Shown here: piece by piece, positions 24,131 to 36,964 of the stretch | Position numbering within the stretch: position 1 is the first letter of the stretch | How the letters are laid out: each line of letters starts with the position of its first letter | DNA from: Octopus sinensis | Taxonomy: Eukaryota | Length of the DNA stretch: 64,000 nucleotides | Assembly: GCF_006345805.1 (NCBI RefSeq) | Contig: NC_042998.1 | Span: forward strand, 50,344,001-50,408,000 | Direction of reading: 5' to 3' | The notes under the pieces: model-generated | The model's database searches: none | Seen by the model: only the letters and a program-made list of their open reading frames with translations | What the model was told of the DNA's origin: nothing | Translations under genes and position numbers: made by a program

Positions 24131-24660
24131 ATACACTGTATGTTTCAGATGACTTTCCTTCTTTCAATTCCAGTTTCGCTCGACAGTGTTCTTCTATATT
24201 TTGCTCTCAGTATATGTGTTAGAGCTTATATACATAAACATATACACACTCTACTCCGTATCTTCCAAACAACGTACCTATTTATTTTTGTGTGTACGCT
24301 AACAAAACCTTGTGCCCACGCAGGTTCCTGCGCGCTCAAGTATGTGTCCGTGTCAAACCGACAGGAAATTCAGTATGACTTTCAGTACATCTTAAGTTCG
24401 TATGTATGTATGTATGTATGTATGTATGTATGTATGTATGTCTTCTCAGTAAAGGTTGGCAGTTGGGGAAGAAATATGAAGCAGTCAGCGGCTGATATAA
24501 AATTGTGATGTTGTCTTGAAATAGTGTGAAATTTAACAAATCCATCTGGTTCAAATATATTGATAAATTGATTTATGTGAAGTGTATGATTTATCACGAA
24601 ATATCTAGCTACATTTATGCAAGGAACATAGCAGGCAAAATGGAGCTAAGAGGATTGCTG

Positions 24661-24755
24661 GCAACATGGAGCTAAGAAGGCAACATAGAGCTAAGAAGGC
24701 AACATGGAGCTCAGAAGGCAACATGGAGCTAAGAAGGCAACCTGGAGCTAAGAAG
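24661..24755. repeat. 19-bp minisatellite x5 (GCAACATGGAGCTAAGAAG)
   Basis: Five contiguous units with 0-1 substitution each. Confidence 0.95.
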
Positions 24756-24874
24756 TTTTTTGTAATGTTTTTAGCTGTCTGAATATGCTTGTTTCACGTT
24801 CGAACCGGCGGACATGCCACTCACTGCGTTTTGTCACGGGAAATATATACTGTTTGTTGACAAATGGTGTGAAG

Positions 24875-25284
24875 GTGGTGCTGCGAGCTGATATAGGAAG
24901 TCTGGGTAGGTGGTTCTGTGAGGTGATATAGGAAGTCTGGGTAGGTGGCACTGCGAGCTGATATAGGGAGTCTGGGTAGGTGGCACTGCGAGCTGATATA
25001 GGGAGTCTGGGTAGGTGGCACTGCAAGCTGATATAGGGAGTCTGGGTAGGTGATACTGCAAGCTGATATAGGGAGTCTGGGTAGGTGATACTGCAAGCTG
25101 ATATAGGGAGTCTGGGTAGGTGGCACTTGCGAGCTGATATAGGTAGTCTGGGTAGGTGGCACTGCAAGCTGATATAGCGAGTCTGGGTAGGTGACACTGC
25201 GAGCTGATATAGGGAGTCTGGGTAGGTGACACTGCGAGCTGATATAGGGAGTCTGGGTAGATGGCGCTGCGAGTGATATAGGAA
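24875..25284. repeat. 35-bp minisatellite, ~11.7 units (GTGRCACTGCRAGCTGATATAGGGAGTCTGGGTAG)
   Basis: Contiguous units without spacers; one 36-bp unit at 25120-25155. Confidence 0.95.
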
Positions 25285-25399
25285 TGTTCGTACTGATAAC
25301 ATTAAGAGTTTACTTATTACTGCTTTGTGCTCCCTCTCACTAAGATAATTTTATATATTTCGACACAATTAAGAAAAGAATTGTACTTTCCATCTTTTA

Positions 25400-25775
25400 T
25401 CTTTTGTTTTAATCATTACCCTGTGGCCATGCTGGAGCATGCCTTGAAGAATTTTTAGTGGAATATATCGACCCCAGTACTTATTTTTTAAGGCCTGGTA
25501 CTTATTTTATCCGTCTCTTTTTGACCGAACTACTAAGTTATGGGAATGTAAACACACCAGCAAGAGGTGGCGGCGGGGTAGGGATGAACGTAGATACAAA
25601 GACACACTCACGTAGAGACATATATACATACATACGACGATATTCTCTCAGTTTCTGTCTTCGAAATCCACCCATAAGGCCTTGGTCGGCCGGATGCTAT
25701 AGCAGCAGATGCCGTGCTGTGGGACTGAACCCGGAACCATATGGTTGAGAAGCAAACTTCCTATCACATACATGT
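25400..25775 (-). mobile_element. Old family-C SINE
   Basis: Collinear with the C sequence, diverged. Confidence 0.8.
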
Positions 25776-25964
25776 TGTTGATAGGAAGAAACCTTCGAAA
25801 ATGGGTGGAGAAAGTTGAAGGATTGCTTTGATACATTGGTTGAATGTCTATGATATTTACGGAGCGCGTGGGTTCCACTCTCACTTGACTTCGAATTTTT
25901 CCACTCAGGTAGACTTTTAAATTCAATATTTACACGCTATTAAAAATGATTTATAGCATATTAG

Positions 25965-26560
25965 TTTCAAATTGTGGCAGAAGTCTAGCAATTTCCGGGG
26001 AGGGGCTAAGTCGATCACATCGATCCCAGTGCTCAACTGGTACTTAATTTATCAACCCCAAAAGCATCAAAGGCAAAGTCGACTTCAATAGAATTTGAAC
26101 TCAGAACGTAAAGACATACGAAATGCGGCCAAGCTTTTTGCTCGGCGTGCTAACAGTTCTGCCAAGTCGCCGCCGTATGAGCAAGCATACATATTGGTTT
26201 CAAATTTTGGCACAAGGCCAGCAATTTCAAATGTGGGGTAAGTTAATTATATTGACCCCCAGTGCTGAACTGGTACTTATTTTATAAACCCTGAAAAGAT
26301 GAAAGGCAAAGTCGACCTCAGCGGAATTTGAACTCAGAAATAAAGACAGATGAAATGACGCTTAGCATTTTGCTCGGCGTGCTAACGATTCTGCTAGCTC
26401 ACCATCTTAAACGATTTATAACATATTAAAACTATAAGGATGAAAAGTGTAAATACTCCTTTCCTCTAGAGGCTCAAGGCCTGAATTTTCCGGATAGGGG
26501 CCAACCGCTAACATCAACACCGATGTTCAACTGGTACTTATTTCGTTCCCTTAAGAATAT
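25965..26560 (-). mobile_element. Cluster of old family-A SINEs (25965-26180, 26190-26410, fragment 26445-26560)
   Basis: Repeated ggcacaaggccagcaattt tail and cgaccccagtgctcaactggtac body. Confidence 0.8.
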
Positions 26561-26648
26561 TATAGAACGGAAACTTTTCATAGATTGGAATTTAAATTTT
26601 AATCTCTATAGAGATTTATTGTTTCAAGAAAATATTACATCTGAATTA

Positions 26649-26688
<40 letters not shown>

Positions 26689-27074
26689 GTTTTTGGATTT
26701 TTACAATTATAGATAACGACTCGAGCTGTAACTTCTGAGCCCGAGTTCAGGCGGCGTGTAAACGATGTCCTGAGAACGTCTGCTACGAATATTTTTTGAC
26801 ACAGGGCACCTCTAAGACGACCGCCAGACGCTGAACGAAAATAAATTAACTGCGACCAAACTCAATAAAAAGAGCTCGAGTTATTGGCTCCAATTACATA
26901 TTTGAAATCAGTTTTCGCAAAAATTAAATCAGTTTGAAATACACTTTCACTTTACTAGATTTATACTCGGGCTAGACCCGAACAGCCCATGCATATATAT
27001 ATATATATTATTTATATTATCATTTATTTGAATGCCACGCATCTAGTTTTAAGTGTGTATTTATATCTATATAG

Positions 27075-27400
27075 TTGAAATTTACAGAAAAACAAAAGAC
27101 GAAGACAGGTGTATAAACAACAAACAGGTGTATTACTTAAACGCTCGGGAAGGTGAGAAAGTCTTTCACGTTTCGAGCCTACGCTCTTCAGCTGGCTGGA
27201 CAGAGGTAGTTACATAGGAGAGAGCTGGGTAGAAAGGGTGATAATAAAGTATTAGTGATCCCAAAACGAAGGTGCGCGTGCGTGTGAGAGTGTGTAAGTG
27301 TGTACGTGTGGATAGGGTTGGTGACTTTGACGTGTGGATGTGTGGGTAAGTGTGTGCGTCTGTAATGTGCTGGTTTGTGGATGATGGTGTGAGTGTTGGG
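27075..27400 (-). mobile_element. Penelope-type terminal repeat fragment (third copy)
   Basis: acgtttcgagcctacgctcttc at 27168-27189; GT-rich continuation like 6100-6230. Confidence 0.55.
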
Positions 27401-28094
27401 AAGTGGTCAGTGCTAGTGTGTGCGGGGTGGTGTGCTGTGGTGTGGTGGGGAAGTGTTTGGGTGGGATGTGGGGATGTGTAGGGGTGGGATGCGGATGGAG
27501 GACGTAACGATGAAGGGAGAAAATGGGTAGGAGTGAAGAGAAGAAGTAGCTGTGAGATGAAAGGAGAAGATGGGAGTCAGATGAAATGAATTCTTCCGAG
27601 TATATATATATGTATGTATGTATCTAATTAATGTATATACTGTACATACGTTCACAGATATATATATATATATATGTATATATATACACACACATACATA
27701 CATATCTGCACGAATTCAGATGCTCACACATTTATATAAACATACATTCAGGTACATGTGTGCGCACACATATTCATATATATAAAATAAATGTGTTTGT
27801 ATGTATATGTATGTATATATATATACATAAATATATGTATATACAAATATATATAAATATATATGTGTGTGTGTGAGTGTGTGCATATAAAAACAAATTG
27901 TAAGCAGATTCAGGAAATACGCATCTGTGAATCTAAAACAGATTTTTCGGTTCTGCGGCTCAAAAAAAATCGTAATGATTTCAATATTTACTTGTCATTT
28001 ACACACAAATATGCAAATTCACATTCCACTACCATATACATAGACGTGCTAAGCATACGAATATATTCTCTTACTAGTTTCATTCACTGGACTG

Positions 28095-28450
28095 CAACCA
28101 TATTGTAGTGCCGCCTTCAAAGTCGAGCGATTTTCAGACGAGCAAATCGATCCCTGTACTTATTTTAAAACTTGTACTTAATCTATCATATTCCTTTTGT
28201 CGAATCACTAAGTTAGGAGCATGAAAATGAAACAAAATATGTTGCCAATGGATGCACACGTAAACATACATATGCACAGATTCACATACATATATATACA
28301 CACATGCACACACTGAGTGGGTTTCCATATAGTTTCCGTTTATCAAGTTCACTCTCAAAGCACTGGGTAATTTTAGGAGACACCCAGATTGTCCAACAGT
28401 GCGACTGGATTCGAAACCGCCTAACTAGAAAGCGAACTTCACCATATTAA
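28095..28450 (-). mobile_element. Old family-C SINE
   Basis: Diverged match: gagcaaatcgatccctgtac and gtttccgtttatcaag. Confidence 0.65.
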
Positions 28451-28584
28451 ATATCAAATATACATCTAACATTTACACACACCCGCATACATTTATATGT
28501 AGGCATATACAGATGCATACATGCATCCATCCATCTATTCATGCATACACATATGTACATACTATAATAATTATGGTTTCAAAA

Positions 28585-28785
28585 ACTTTGACCACCAATT
28601 TCAGGGAAGTCGATAACTCGATAACGTCGACCCCAATCATCAACTGGTACTTATTTTATCGAGCCCAAAAGCGATGACAGGTAAAGCCAACCTCGGCGGA
28701 ATTTGAACTCCAGAAGTAAAGACGGACGCAATACAACTAAACATTTTACCAGGTGTGCTAACGCTTCTGCCAGCTCACCGACTTG
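28585..28785 (-). mobile_element. Old family-A SINE
   Basis: cctcggcggaatttgaactc and ctgccagctcaccg motifs. Confidence 0.8.
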
Positions 28786-28860
28786 ATAACAACAACAACA
28801 ACAACAACAATAATAATGATAGTGATGATGAGGATGATAATGACGAAGAGGATAATAATG

Positions 28861-28894
<34 letters not shown>
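28786..28894. repeat. (CAA)n/(TGA)n/(TAA)n tract upstream of LINE 1
   Basis: Visible directly. Confidence 0.95.
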
Positions 28895-28896
<2 letters not shown>

Positions 28897-31392
28897 CGAC
28901 ACAGAAAAGGATTTCCTAAGTGGGAAGTAGCAATACAAAAACAGATCTAATTTTTGAGGGCGGATGTGTCAGTTCTCGAAGAACTTGCTAGAGGAGTGAA
29001 TGTTAAGACGAAATACGCTAGAAAAATCGAACAAAAAGATGAAATCAATGATTTTATAAACTCCCCTGCAACCAAGGAAATAGTGAAACTATAGATACAA
29101 CTGCAAGCCCAACGTCTCAGAAGTTATGACAAAAGAATCAAATTTTATCGACAGAACAAGATATTCAAGACAGAAGCAAAGAAATTTTGTAGGGAAATTG
29201 GCAAAAGCAAGATAGAAGTAAAAGAACCACCTAAGACTGCGGAAATGGAAGAGTTCTGGAAGAAGATATGGAATAACAAGAAAGAATATAATGTTGAAGC
29301 ACGCCTGATAGAACGTGAGAAAGGGAGACTGGATGAAGTTTGTTCCTTCTCGAGGCATGCCTGGCTCATTAGAGCCGGTTTCCCGGTTTCCTTGGCGTAT
29401 AGGTTCCCCACTTGAACTGAACGCCGGTCCGTCGCAGGTGAACTGCAAAATGCAGGAGGAAAGAGTGAGAGAAAGTTGTGACGAGAGTCAGCAGAGGTTC
29501 GCCATTATCTTCAGCCGGAGCCGCGTGGAACTTAGGTGTTTCGCTCATAAACACACATATCACCCGGTCTGAGATTCGAACCCACGATCTCTCGACCGCG
29601 AGTCCGCTGCTCTAACCACTAGGCCATGTGCATCCACAGTGGATGAAATTGGAGAGCAATAGGTGTAGATGAAGTCTTACAAATGGAAAGCCCTTGGACT
29701 GGACCGGATCCCTAACTTCTGGCTGAATTGTTTGACAGGAGTTTACCAACATTTTGCTGCATCCATAGCCGATGCCGCTCAGAGCAAATAACTGCCTGGT
29801 TGGCCGAAGGAACAGCATACCTTCTTCCAAAAACTGAAGTCACGAAGAACTACCGACCAATAACATGTCACAACACCACCTACAAGATCCTCACATCGAT
29901 ACTAACTGAAAGAATATACACTTTCCTTCAACAGAACTCCATTCCATAAGTTCAAAATGTTTGTAAAAGGAATTTTTATTGATGCAAACATCAATTACTC
30001 CTAAACAAAATAATTGTAGAGAATTGCTTGTGCAAAAAGAAGAACCTGAGTATGGCATGGATAGACTACAGGAAAGCATCTGATATTATCCCACATAATC
30101 GGTTACTCAAGGCCCTTGAGATATATGTCTCCAAATTCTTACAAGGTAGCATGGCCAAGTGAAATATGCGGCTCCTTCTACACCATAGTAATGGGATGAG
30201 CCAATCTAACATCAACATCAAATGAGGCATCTCTCAAGGTGACACCCTCTCCTCATTACTCTTTTGCATCGCCCTGATCCCACTCTCAAGTGAACTGAGT
30301 AACACCAGTTATGGGTTCAAAGTGTATTATATTATAGTATACCATCTGTTTTTTTGGACGATCTGAATCTATTTGCTAGAAATGACGAAGAGATGCTAGG
30401 GCTGTTAACAACTGTTAAATAGTTCAGCGTAGTTACATAGGAAAATATGTAAATGCTACAAAGTCTTCATGGTGGATTTTGGCCTTAATAAGTGTGCTAA
30501 AGCAACTTTTGTAAGAGGCAAGCTCGAACAAACATCTTCCATTTAATTAGATACCGACAATGTCATCAAGGAGATTGACCCACGAGAAAGCTATAAATAC
30601 CTGGGGATAAACGAAGTAGAGGGTATACAACATGCTACTATGAAGGAAAAAATAAGAACGGAGTATTACAGGAGAGTAAGACTCATACTAAAAACTGAAC
30701 TCCAAAAATCACATCGAAGCCATTAACACCCTGGCACTTCCAGAAGTCCAATACAGTTTTAATATCATTAACTGAAGTCTTACAGAGCTCCAACTCCTGG
30801 ACAAGAAAACAAGAAAACTACAAACATCTAAGAACATGCACCACCCAAAAGCAGTCGTTGATCATCTGTACCTACCTAGAAGTAATGGTGAAAAAGAATG
30901 ATGAAGGTAGAACTGTGCTATAAGACCTCTATAATAGCAATGAACAAGTACTTATCTGGTACAGAGGATTGGATGCTGCGGCTTGTGTGCAAACACGAAA
31001 GCAGTAGATATTCACATTCTATTGTGAAGGAAGCTTACAAATTCGCAACGGACTCGGCATTAACCCTGAATTAGGTGAAGAACCCGAAACCACTGCCACC
31101 AAACAAGCAAAACGGATCAAATAGACTGCAAAACAGAACAGACAGAAACATATTGGGGATCGGTCGATCCAGAGGCCTCCGCATGGACAGTATATACTTC
31201 GAAGCCGGATTGCTGATGTAGACAATCTTGATGTATTGCACAAATAGGCTTTATTTGAAACTGCACGCATACTGCGTAAAGTATTATCTGTCTGAGTTTC
31301 TTGTTGTGACATCACAAACAGTACAACTCCCCGGTACACAAATATCTTCAATCTACAACATCATGATGTTGGGTTTTATGCGACGTCTTCCA
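28895..31392 (+). mobile_element. R4/Dong-like RLE LINE copy 1 (old, 5'-truncated, endonuclease region deleted, SINE-interrupted)
   Basis: Broken translation KWKALGLDRIPNFWLN, NYRPITC, LSMAWIDYRKA, GISQGDTLS, FLDDLNLFA, YKYLG, EYYRRVRLILKTEL, HHPKA, then TARILRKVLSV*. 3' UTR followed by (TAA)n. Confidence 0.85.
29338..29639 (-). mobile_element. SINE, B-like head + D-type tail, inserted in LINE copy 1
   Basis: Reverse complement of 54237-54537. TSD TGGATGAA at 29330-29337 and 29640-29647. Confidence 0.88.
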
Positions 31393-31433
31393 TAATAATA
31401 ATAATAATAAAATAATAATAATAATAATAATAA
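31393..31433. repeat. (TAA)n tract between LINE copies 1 and 2
   Basis: Visible directly. Confidence 0.97.
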
Positions 31434-33805
31434 GCAAAGACTAAGCAACTGGAAGGCACCTGGGCATGACAAAATCCCCAACTTCTGGTTGAAATATTTA
31501 ACAGGAATGCACAAAAAGCTGGCTGAAAACTTTAACAAAGTACTAGCAGAGCCAGAGACAATGCCTGAATGGCTCACGAAGGGGAAAGCCATCTTAATTC
31601 CCAAATCAAATGAAACAGAAAAACCAGAAAACTACAGACCAATAACCTGCCTCCCTACTATGTTCAAGGCATTTACTGCAGTGATATCACAAAGGCTGAA
31701 CAAGCACCTGGACGAAAACAAACTGTTCTCAGAAGAGCAGAAAGGATGCCGCAAAGGCTCATATGGCTGTAAAGATCAACTAATGATTAATAAAGCCATA
31801 ACTGAAGACAGCCACAGTAAGAAGAAAGGCCTCAGTATGGCCTGGATTGACTACAAAAAGGCGTTTGATAGCATCCCCCACACATGGATCCTCGAAACAC
31901 TACCCATTAACAAAGTAGCACCAACAATCATAAAATTCATAGAGCACTCTATGAATAAATGGCAAACAGTCCTACACCTCCAAACAAAAGAGGGACTCAT
32001 GAAAACCAAAGACATCCCCATTAGAAGAGGAATATTCCAGGGAGACACGCTCTCTCCACTCCTTTTCTGCTTGGCACTGTCACCTCTATCTGATATGCTA
32101 AATAGAACTGGATGCGGATATAAATGTTACGGCAAAACGATCAGCCACCTTTTATATATGGATGACCTAAAACTATACGCTGCAAATGACAAACAGCTGG
32201 AAACACTATTAAAGACAGTTCATGGATTTACCAAAGAAATAGATATGAAATTTGGATTAGAAAAATGCGCCAAAGTAACCATGAAAAGAGGAAAACTAGT
32301 TAAGAGTAACAACATCACACTAGATAAAACCAATGAAATAAAAGAATTAGACCAAAGCCAAACTTACAAATACTTAAGAATCCATGAACTAGATAAGACA
32401 CAACACACACAAATGAAAGAGAAAATGAAAAAAGAATATTATAGACGAGTTAGATCAATACTAAAAACAGAGCTCAATGCTAAAAACAAGATAATAGGTA
32501 TCAACACTTTAGCTGTCCCAGTTATAAGTTACAGCTACAATATCCTTAACTGGACACGAAATGAACTGTCCAAAATAGATAGGAAAACAAGAAAAATACT
32601 GACAGGATCTAGGATGCATCACCCAAAATTTGACATAGAAAGACTATATATACAACGTATAGAAGGTGGTAGAGGCCTTATACAGCTGGAAAACTACTAT
32701 AAAATAACCACCATAGGACTGCAAAAATACCTACTTCAGAAGGAAGGAAAACTGATCCAGATAGCAGCAAAACACGAACAAAACAAAGAACTGTTCTCAG
32801 TATTTAAGGAAGCTGACAAATACAAACAAGAAATCATACCACCTAATAAACACAAAGAAGAAGAAGAAGATGATGAAGAAACAACAAAAGCTATAAAACA
32901 AATGAAATCCAAACTAAAAATAGAACAGCAACGAGCCATGATAAAACGATGGCAAGAAAAGCCCCTTCATGGTAAATACTGCACTAAACTAAACGCAAAA
33001 GAAATAGACAAAGAAAAATCCCAGCAATGGTTGAGAAGCTCAGGACTCAAAGCAGAAACAGAGGGATTTTTAATTGCAGCACAAGACAAAAGCCTCCCCA
33101 CCAGAAATTACCAAATACATGTAATGAAAAGAAATATTACAAGTAACTGCAGAATATGTGGAGATGGACAAGAAACAATAAATCATATTATCTCTAGCTG
33201 CCCAGTCCTGGCTAAGAAGGAATATATTCACAGACATGACAGAGTTGGAACCTACAAACATTGGAAGCTATGCCAACATTATGGAATAACAACAGAAAAA
33301 AGATGGTATAGGCACACACCAGAAAAGGTCACAGAAAACGAGAAAGCAACCATACTCTGGGATATGCCGATACACACAGATAGAGAAATTAACCAGATAT
33401 AGTTGTCAGAGATCATGAAGAAAAAAAATGCTTTCTAATTGATGTATCAATACCGGCAGATGACAACGTGTCTCTAAAAGAAATGGAGAAACTCTCAAAA
33501 TACAAAGACCTGGAAATAGAGGTAACTAGAATGTGGAACCTGAAAACAGAAACAATTCCTATCATAGTAAGTGCATTAGGCATGATAAAAAAATATTCAG
33601 ACAAATACATAACAAAAACACCAGGACTTACAAACACATATAACATACAGAAAATTGCACTACTAGGCACTGCACACATCCTACGCGGAACACTTTCCAT
33701 ACAATAACCATCAGAGCATCACAACAAATCACAGCACATACCCAAGGCACACAGAGCTGCGCTCGGTAGTGAAGTGAAAGCACGCTATAAAAAATAAAAC
33801 TACTG
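31434..33805 (+). mobile_element. R4/Dong-like RLE LINE copy 2 (young, 5'-truncated)
   Basis: Starts and ends in TAA repeats; one long RT-CCHC-RLE reading frame and a ~100-bp 3' UTR. Confidence 0.92.
31435..33707 (+). pseudogene. Reverse transcriptase + CCHC zinc knuckle + restriction-like endonuclease; 5'-truncated, one frameshift at ~33392
   Basis: Open from 31435 (QRLSNWKAPGHDKIPNFW). NYRPITCL, WIDYKKAFDS, GIFQGDTLSP, LYMDDLKLY, CRICGDGQETINHIISSC; then from 33393 PDIVV...LIDVS...KEMEKLSKY to the stop at 33707. Confidence 0.92.
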
Positions 33806-33856
33806 AATAATAATAATAATAATAACGATAACAACAACAACAACAATAATAATAAT
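33806..33856. repeat. (TAA)n/(CAA)n tract between LINE copies 2 and 3
   Basis: Visible directly. Confidence 0.95.
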
Positions 33857-33889
33857 CATTTCTACTAATCACTTGCTTACAATTAGTGT

Positions 33890-34700
33890 GAAAGTTCATA
33901 AGAGGAATCCTCTCAGAGAGCATTTATGAGGACATTGACAATCCAAATCTTTTAATGCCAGAAGAGTCGAAAGGCTGCGGGAATAAGGCAAGAGGAGTGT
34001 ATAAGCTATTTATCATAGACAAAGCCGTTCTAAGAGAAGTGAAATCTAGAAAGAATAGTTTAATGATAGTACGGATAGATTATAACAAAGCCTATGACAC
34101 GATTCCACACTCATGTATAAGTAAATATTGAGAATATTTAGCATTGCAGACAACATAAGGGAGTTTAATTAGCTATAGGATGAAGAAATGGTAAGTAGAT
34201 CTTACTCGGGTGACACAGTCTTAAGGAAAGTTAATATCAAGAGAGGAATTTTCCATGGAGAGTCATTATACCCTTTAATATTTGTGTTGTGTTTATTCCC
34301 CCTCACATTAGTATTCAAAAAGTCAAAGTCAGGGTATCAGTTGAGAGATAGTAAAGGAAAACTTAACCATTTGCTCCTCATGTAAGGTCTGAAGCTTTCT
34401 AGTACGAATAAAATAGATAGATTCTTTAATACGAACTGTAAAACTCCTCAGCAAATATATGGGTATGGAATTTGGTGTATAAATGAGCAGACATTAAAGA
34501 CAAGCATGAACACGGACGAATAAATTTAGGTTCAATAAAAGAAATAAAAGATGAAGGATTTAGACCGAAGGTTAAAAAGGACAACTAATGAAGAGGCCGG
34601 GAAAATATATAAAACGAAAAAGCAAAAACAATATAAAAAATAAATATACAATAAACGGTATAGATTTTTATGACATGGAAAGCTTTTCGGATATACGACA
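33890..34700 (+). mobile_element. R4/Dong-like LINE copy 3 (very old RT fragment)
   Basis: PEESKGC, IIDKAVLREVK, IDYNKAYDTIPHS, NIKRGIFHGESLYPLIFVLCL and KLNHLLLM. Confidence 0.75.
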
Positions 34701-35169
34701 GAATACAGAGATGCCCAAAATAGATACATGTCTAATAAACGTGAATATAAAACCCACATAATTGCATATATATATGTACAAACATTTAAAACTACTCACC
34801 CTGCGGAGACCTACAAATACGTATATGTAGGGGTGTGTATACGCTTATGTATAGATAGGAATAAAAGTAACAAAATCGAAAAACAGATGAGTTCGTGTCC
34901 GTGATGTAACTGAATAAATAATAAATGATTGATTATATTAATGGATAAAGAAGTAAAGCAAATAAGAAAATCATAATAGTATCTGCACTGGAATGTCATC
35001 AATGATTCTTTGGTGAATACGATTTTCATATTGTTAGTGAAAGTTTCCATATTAGTGATGGTGTTGCTGCAAGGTTTCATTGCAGTGTGGTTATTGTTTT
35101 GACTGAGTTTGTAAAGATTACACGAGACTAAATTCTGGTGAAATTTAGGAAAAGTCAAATATGAAATTT

Positions 35170-36010
35170 TAATGGCGTGTTAGCAGAATCGTTAACGCGC
35201 CAGGCAAAATGCTTAGCAGCATTTCTTCCAGCGTGATGTTCTCAGATCAAATTTCTGCCGATGTCGAGTTTGCCTTTCATCTTTCGGGATCGATAAATTC
35301 AATACCAGTTGAACACTGGAGTCGATGTAATTGACTAGCCCTCCCTCCCAAATGGAGGTATTGTGCCTCTAGTTTCAAAATATGATATAGTACTTACGTT
35401 GTAAGAGAAAATGTTTCCCAAGTCAATTAAAAAAGTTTTTGATGATATGTGTAATCACATTAATGTCAAATGGAGAAGTAACATGCGTAAGAGTTCATTT
35501 TCTATTTCTGCATGTTTGTGTACTCTAGCAGTGAAGTCTATGTTAAGGAATTTTCTTTATATTCACTTTTGAGAGGTCGTTCTTGTAAAATACTTCATCA
35601 GTGAATATTTATCTATTTGTAGAAAGAAATAAACAGCCTACAAGAGTACCAAATAAGTACTACATTGTTGATTACGTTCCTAGACTGGTTGGAGCCAATG
35701 TGTATGTAACGTAGTAATTAATTTGGTCTATAAAAAAACAGCAAGTTTAGTTGCTGAGATCTAATGCGTGGTATATGTTTGTCTGTGGTTTAGTGTATGC
35801 GTGTGTGCTTATATAGATATTGGTTTCTAATCTGGACGCAAGGCCAGCAGTTTAGAGGAAGGGACTAATTCGATTACGTGGATCCCAGTGCTCAATTGGT
35901 ACTTATTTTATCGACCCCGAAAGGATGAAAGACAAAGTTGGGGCCCCGGTGGAAATTGAACTCAGAACGTAAAGGCGGACGAACAGCTGCCAAGCATCTT
36001 GTGTCCGTGT
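35170..36010. mobile_element. Two old family-A SINEs (35170-35390 +, 35815-36010 -)
   Basis: gcagaatcgtta head and gcctttcatc..tcggg.tcgataaa body. Confidence 0.75.
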
Positions 36011-36099
36011 TTATATATATTTTGAAATATATGTATGCATATGTACATATGTGTGTGCATACGTGTATACAAAGAGGTATAAGAGCAGGTGAAAAGATC

Positions 36100-36448
<349 letters not shown>

Positions 36449-36547
36449 TCAGTCAGGTAATAATCCCCCAGAAAATTGAAACAAATGTTACAAAGTAGGA
36501 AAACTTGTTTTTTTAATATTTTCTTACAATATTATCAGATATCATAT

Positions 36548-36719
36548 AGGCGCAGGAGTGGCTGTGTGGTAAGTAGCTTGCTAACCAGCCACATGGTTCC
36601 GGGTTCAGTCTCACTGCGTGGCATCTTGGGCAAGTGTCTTCTGCTATAGCCTCGGGCCGACCAATGCCTTGTGAGTGGATTTGGTAGACGGAAACTGAAA
36701 GAAGCCTGTCGTATATATG

Positions 36720-36754
<35 letters not shown>

Positions 36755-36964
36755 TTGTGTGTCTGTGTTTGTCCACTCAGCATTGCTTGACAACCGATGC
36801 TGGTGTGTTTACGTCCCCGTAACTTAGCGGTTCGGCAAAAGAGACCGATAGAATAAGTATTGGGCTTACAAAGAATAAGTCCCGGGTTCGATTTGCTCGA
36901 CTAAAGGCGGTGCTCCAGCATGGCCGCAGTCAAATGACTGAAACAAGTAAAAGAGTAAAAGAGT
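36548..36964 (+). mobile_element. SINE family C, full length, young
   Basis: ggcgcaggagtggctgtgtgg A-box, ggttccgggttcagtc B-box-like, internal (TA)(TG) tract, (aaaagagt)2 tail. Confidence 0.92.

Noticed and set aside
24661-25284. CRISPR-like appearance of the 19- and 35-bp arrays
   Set aside because: Units are contiguous with no unique spacers, there are no cas genes, and the context is eukaryotic.
26713-26885. Short inverted repeat (ataacgactcgagct / agctcgagttat)
   Set aside because: Only ~12 bp, partly a self-palindromic CTCGAG; no TSD found.
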